A DNA stretch of 40,457 nt from NCBI GenBank assembly GCA_000320545.1, contig ADNK01003182.1, positions 1 to 40,457 on the forward strand. Reading direction: 5' to 3'. The notes under the pieces were generated by a model, which worked only from the letters and a program-made list of their open reading frames with translations, did no database searches and had not been told where the DNA came from. Position 1 is the stretch's first letter; each line of letters begins with the position of its first letter. Source of the DNA: Bigelowiella natans CCMP2755. Lineage: Eukaryota > Protista > Cercozoa. A program made the position numbers and the translations under genes. Positions 38,524-40,457 of the stretch are shown in pieces.

Positions 38524-40146
38524 CTAAGTATCTCCGTAATATCGTTTTAGACACGGACTGCAATCCAGCGCTTAAAACTGCAAATTAATAAAAAGTCTAA
38601 CGTGGCAACAAATGTAACTCGGAAGGAGGTAATCATTCGGATTCTTGATGCGTGATTAGGATTATTCTTTAAGATTTCCGACCACCATCAACATCATCTC
38701 AGATAATCCAAATGCTGCGTGAGGGGAAAGACGAAAGCGCGCGAATACGATCTGAAGGAATGATGCGCGAAGAAAGCCTTGTGAGCGCGATGGAAGTGAC
38801 ACAGATGATGTGTGATCTCTTGGTGACTAGGGCGTCTTACCTGAATACCTCTAAGCAATGTCCCGAGGTTATAGTGAATATCTATTGATGATCATCATCA
38901 ATCATCAAAAAGTAGATAGTAATGATGGTGGTGGCAATGTAATAGCAGCAGTTGTTGTAGTAGCGACAGTAGCGGTGGTAGCGATGCTTGCAACGCATAA
39001 ACCCCTCGAACAACTATACAGCAATCACCCAGTATTGTATCCACGCTATTAGGCGGGTAGATGAATAATAAGATCAAACTTATGCTCCTGACAATTATTC
39101 TTGACAGAGGAAATATATCAATGCTGCTATCATTTCCAATTCCTTGTTAATGTGTTCTGCTGCTGCTGCTGCTGCTACCTCATACAACGCACTTCACAAC
39201 TGAAAGAGCGCTTCCTCCAATGATAACAGGATATGGAAGAAGCGTGTGCCAGCGTGATTTATGCGTCCTCTAGGATGGACATTCCCGAACTAGTATAACC
39301 CAGAATAACACCTTCCCCCCCTCCCTTACTGGCAGATGTGAACATGATTATGAAACGAAAAATGATATTATTTTCTAATTAGAGCGAGATCTCCCAAATG
39401 CTTGGGTCTAAGTACACGAAGGCCTGGGCTGATAGCCATATGGACAACTCCTCAGAGAGAGTCAACAGAAAGCTAGTTGCTCTCCTAGATGTGAGGCCCC
39501 CCCCTTACCAAATGGTATTAAAGAAAATGAGGGAAATCGCCAAACTGTACGGTTTTAACTGGAAGCCAAAGGTGGTATTTACTGCTGCGGGTGATGATAG
39601 CGCACTCCTCCATCATGCTCATCGTCATTTTCAAGTCGTAGTGTTGCTATATTGAGTGTTTACAACTTTGAAACCGAAAGTAAGCTCTAAATGCCTCAGA
39701 CGGAGTCGTCGGACCACCAGCGATTAGGCACCGTGGCGAAGAACATGGAGGAGGAAAAAGAGCTGCCAAAGAGCGGGGAGGCCTTCACTAAAGGGACGCT
39801 AAATGTCGCATTGTATCGAGGTAGGCGTATGAAGTATCAATTTGTTTGCGGGGTTGTATAAATAATCGTTGTCCTAACGAATGCTACGCTCATCCTTCAG
39901 GTAAAGATCTTTATGAGAAGTCGTGGCTTGGCGGAAAGAAGCCATTCGTAACGTGTTATCTTAGTACAGGCAGCAGCAGCAGCAGCAGCAGCACTTCAAA
40001 AAGGAGTAGCAAGAGCAAAATGGGCGTTCGTCAGAAGTCGTCGGTAGGGGAGGGGCCAGATCCTATATGGAGTGCAGGACAGCATTTCCCCTTCCACATA
40101 CCGCGAGCAGGCTGTGTTCTGAACGTCGATGTCAACAACGCGGTCG
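38243..40146 (+). CDS. IST1: IST1 (ESCRT-III-like regulator of Vps4) domain fused to a C2 domain; 3'-partial
   Basis: MGNSFTLPKFKSK/TRTAIQRLKLQINKK...RKE/IIQMLREGKDESARIRSEGMMREESLVSAMEVTQMMCDLLVTR...CPE/DMEEACASVIYASSRMDIPEL/SEISQMLGSKY...VNRKLVALLDVRPP...EIAKLYGFNW is a canonical IST1 N-domain. It continues into C2-like GTLNVALYRGKDL...KPFVTCYL...GPDPIW...FPF...LNVDV. Confidence 0.88.
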
Positions 40147-40173
40147 GTGCAGAAGACAGATGGAACAAAGAAG

Positions 40174-40230
<57 letters not shown>

Positions 40231-40457
40231 GTGTAGTGTTACGGACCGCGTTGTTGACATCGACGTTCAGAACACAGCCTGCTCGCGGGTATGTGGAAGG
40301 GGAAATGCTGTCCTGCACTCCATATAGGATCTGGCCCCTCCCCTTACCGACGACTTCTGACGAACGCCCATTTTGCTCTTGCTACTCCTTTTTGAAGTGC
40401 TGCTGCTGCTGCTGCTGCTGCCTGTACTAAGATAACACGTTACGAATGGCTTCTTTC
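39934..40457. repeat. Fold-back inverted repeat: arms 39934-40145 and 40244-40457, 98-bp loop with (TA)n(TG)n
   Basis: The right arm is the reverse complement of the C2 exon except for two single-base insertions, and it runs to the window end. Confidence 0.95.

Larger units (their letters stand above)
428..40229. repeat. Dispersed microsatellites, mainly intronic: (CAT/ATG)n, (GTA/TAC)n, (CT/AG)n, (GT/AC)n, (TA)n, (CCT/GGA)n, (GAA)n and poly-G/C
   Basis: Examples: (CAT)n 428-455, (CT)n 866-903, (GT)n 1638-1669, (TA)n 4046-4080, (GTA)n 12908-12938, (CT)n 33417-33461, (AG)n 38462-38523. Some fall in exons as poly-Ser/Asp/Gly/Ala tracts. Confidence 0.95.

Noticed and set aside
607-38563. Many short ORFs with poly-M/I/Y/H, CVCV, ERER or YIYI runs
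   Set aside because: Translations of intronic microsatellites.

Overview
Gene-dense, intron-rich nuclear DNA of a eukaryote, probably a protist (the style is reminiscent of chlorarachniophytes/cercozoans, but this is unverified). Introns are GT-AG and full of microsatellites, so most of the supplied ORF track is spurious. Manual splicing gives 11 protein-coding genes: SPAG1/RPAP3-like TPR co-chaperone (+, 5'-partial), orphan (-), C2-C2-WW-UBA-WW-UBA-WW protein (+), TOM1/THH1/GPR137-like 7TM protein (-), nearly intronless alpha/alpha-barrel (QxxDGSF) protein (+), Rab1-like GTPase (-), JmjC oxygenase (+), myristoylated PDZ-PH protein (-), M14 zinc carboxypeptidase (+), ubiquitin-like-domain 4TM protein (-) and IST1-C2 fusion (+, 3'-partial). 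The most striking signal is architectural. All 11 genes strictly alternate strand. Head-to-head pairs share short (0.34-0.67 kb) CTAG-poor spacers, while every tail-to-tail junction is a 0.9-1.2 kb spacer rich in CTAG and other short palindromes (hand count 62 CTAG in 5155 bp versus 2 in 2594 bp of divergent spacers). The window ends in a ~212-bp fold-back inverted repeat that is probably an assembly artefact. No rRNA, tRNA, CRISPR or recognisable transposon was seen. Exon boundaries were inferred by eye and need RNA-seq confirmation.
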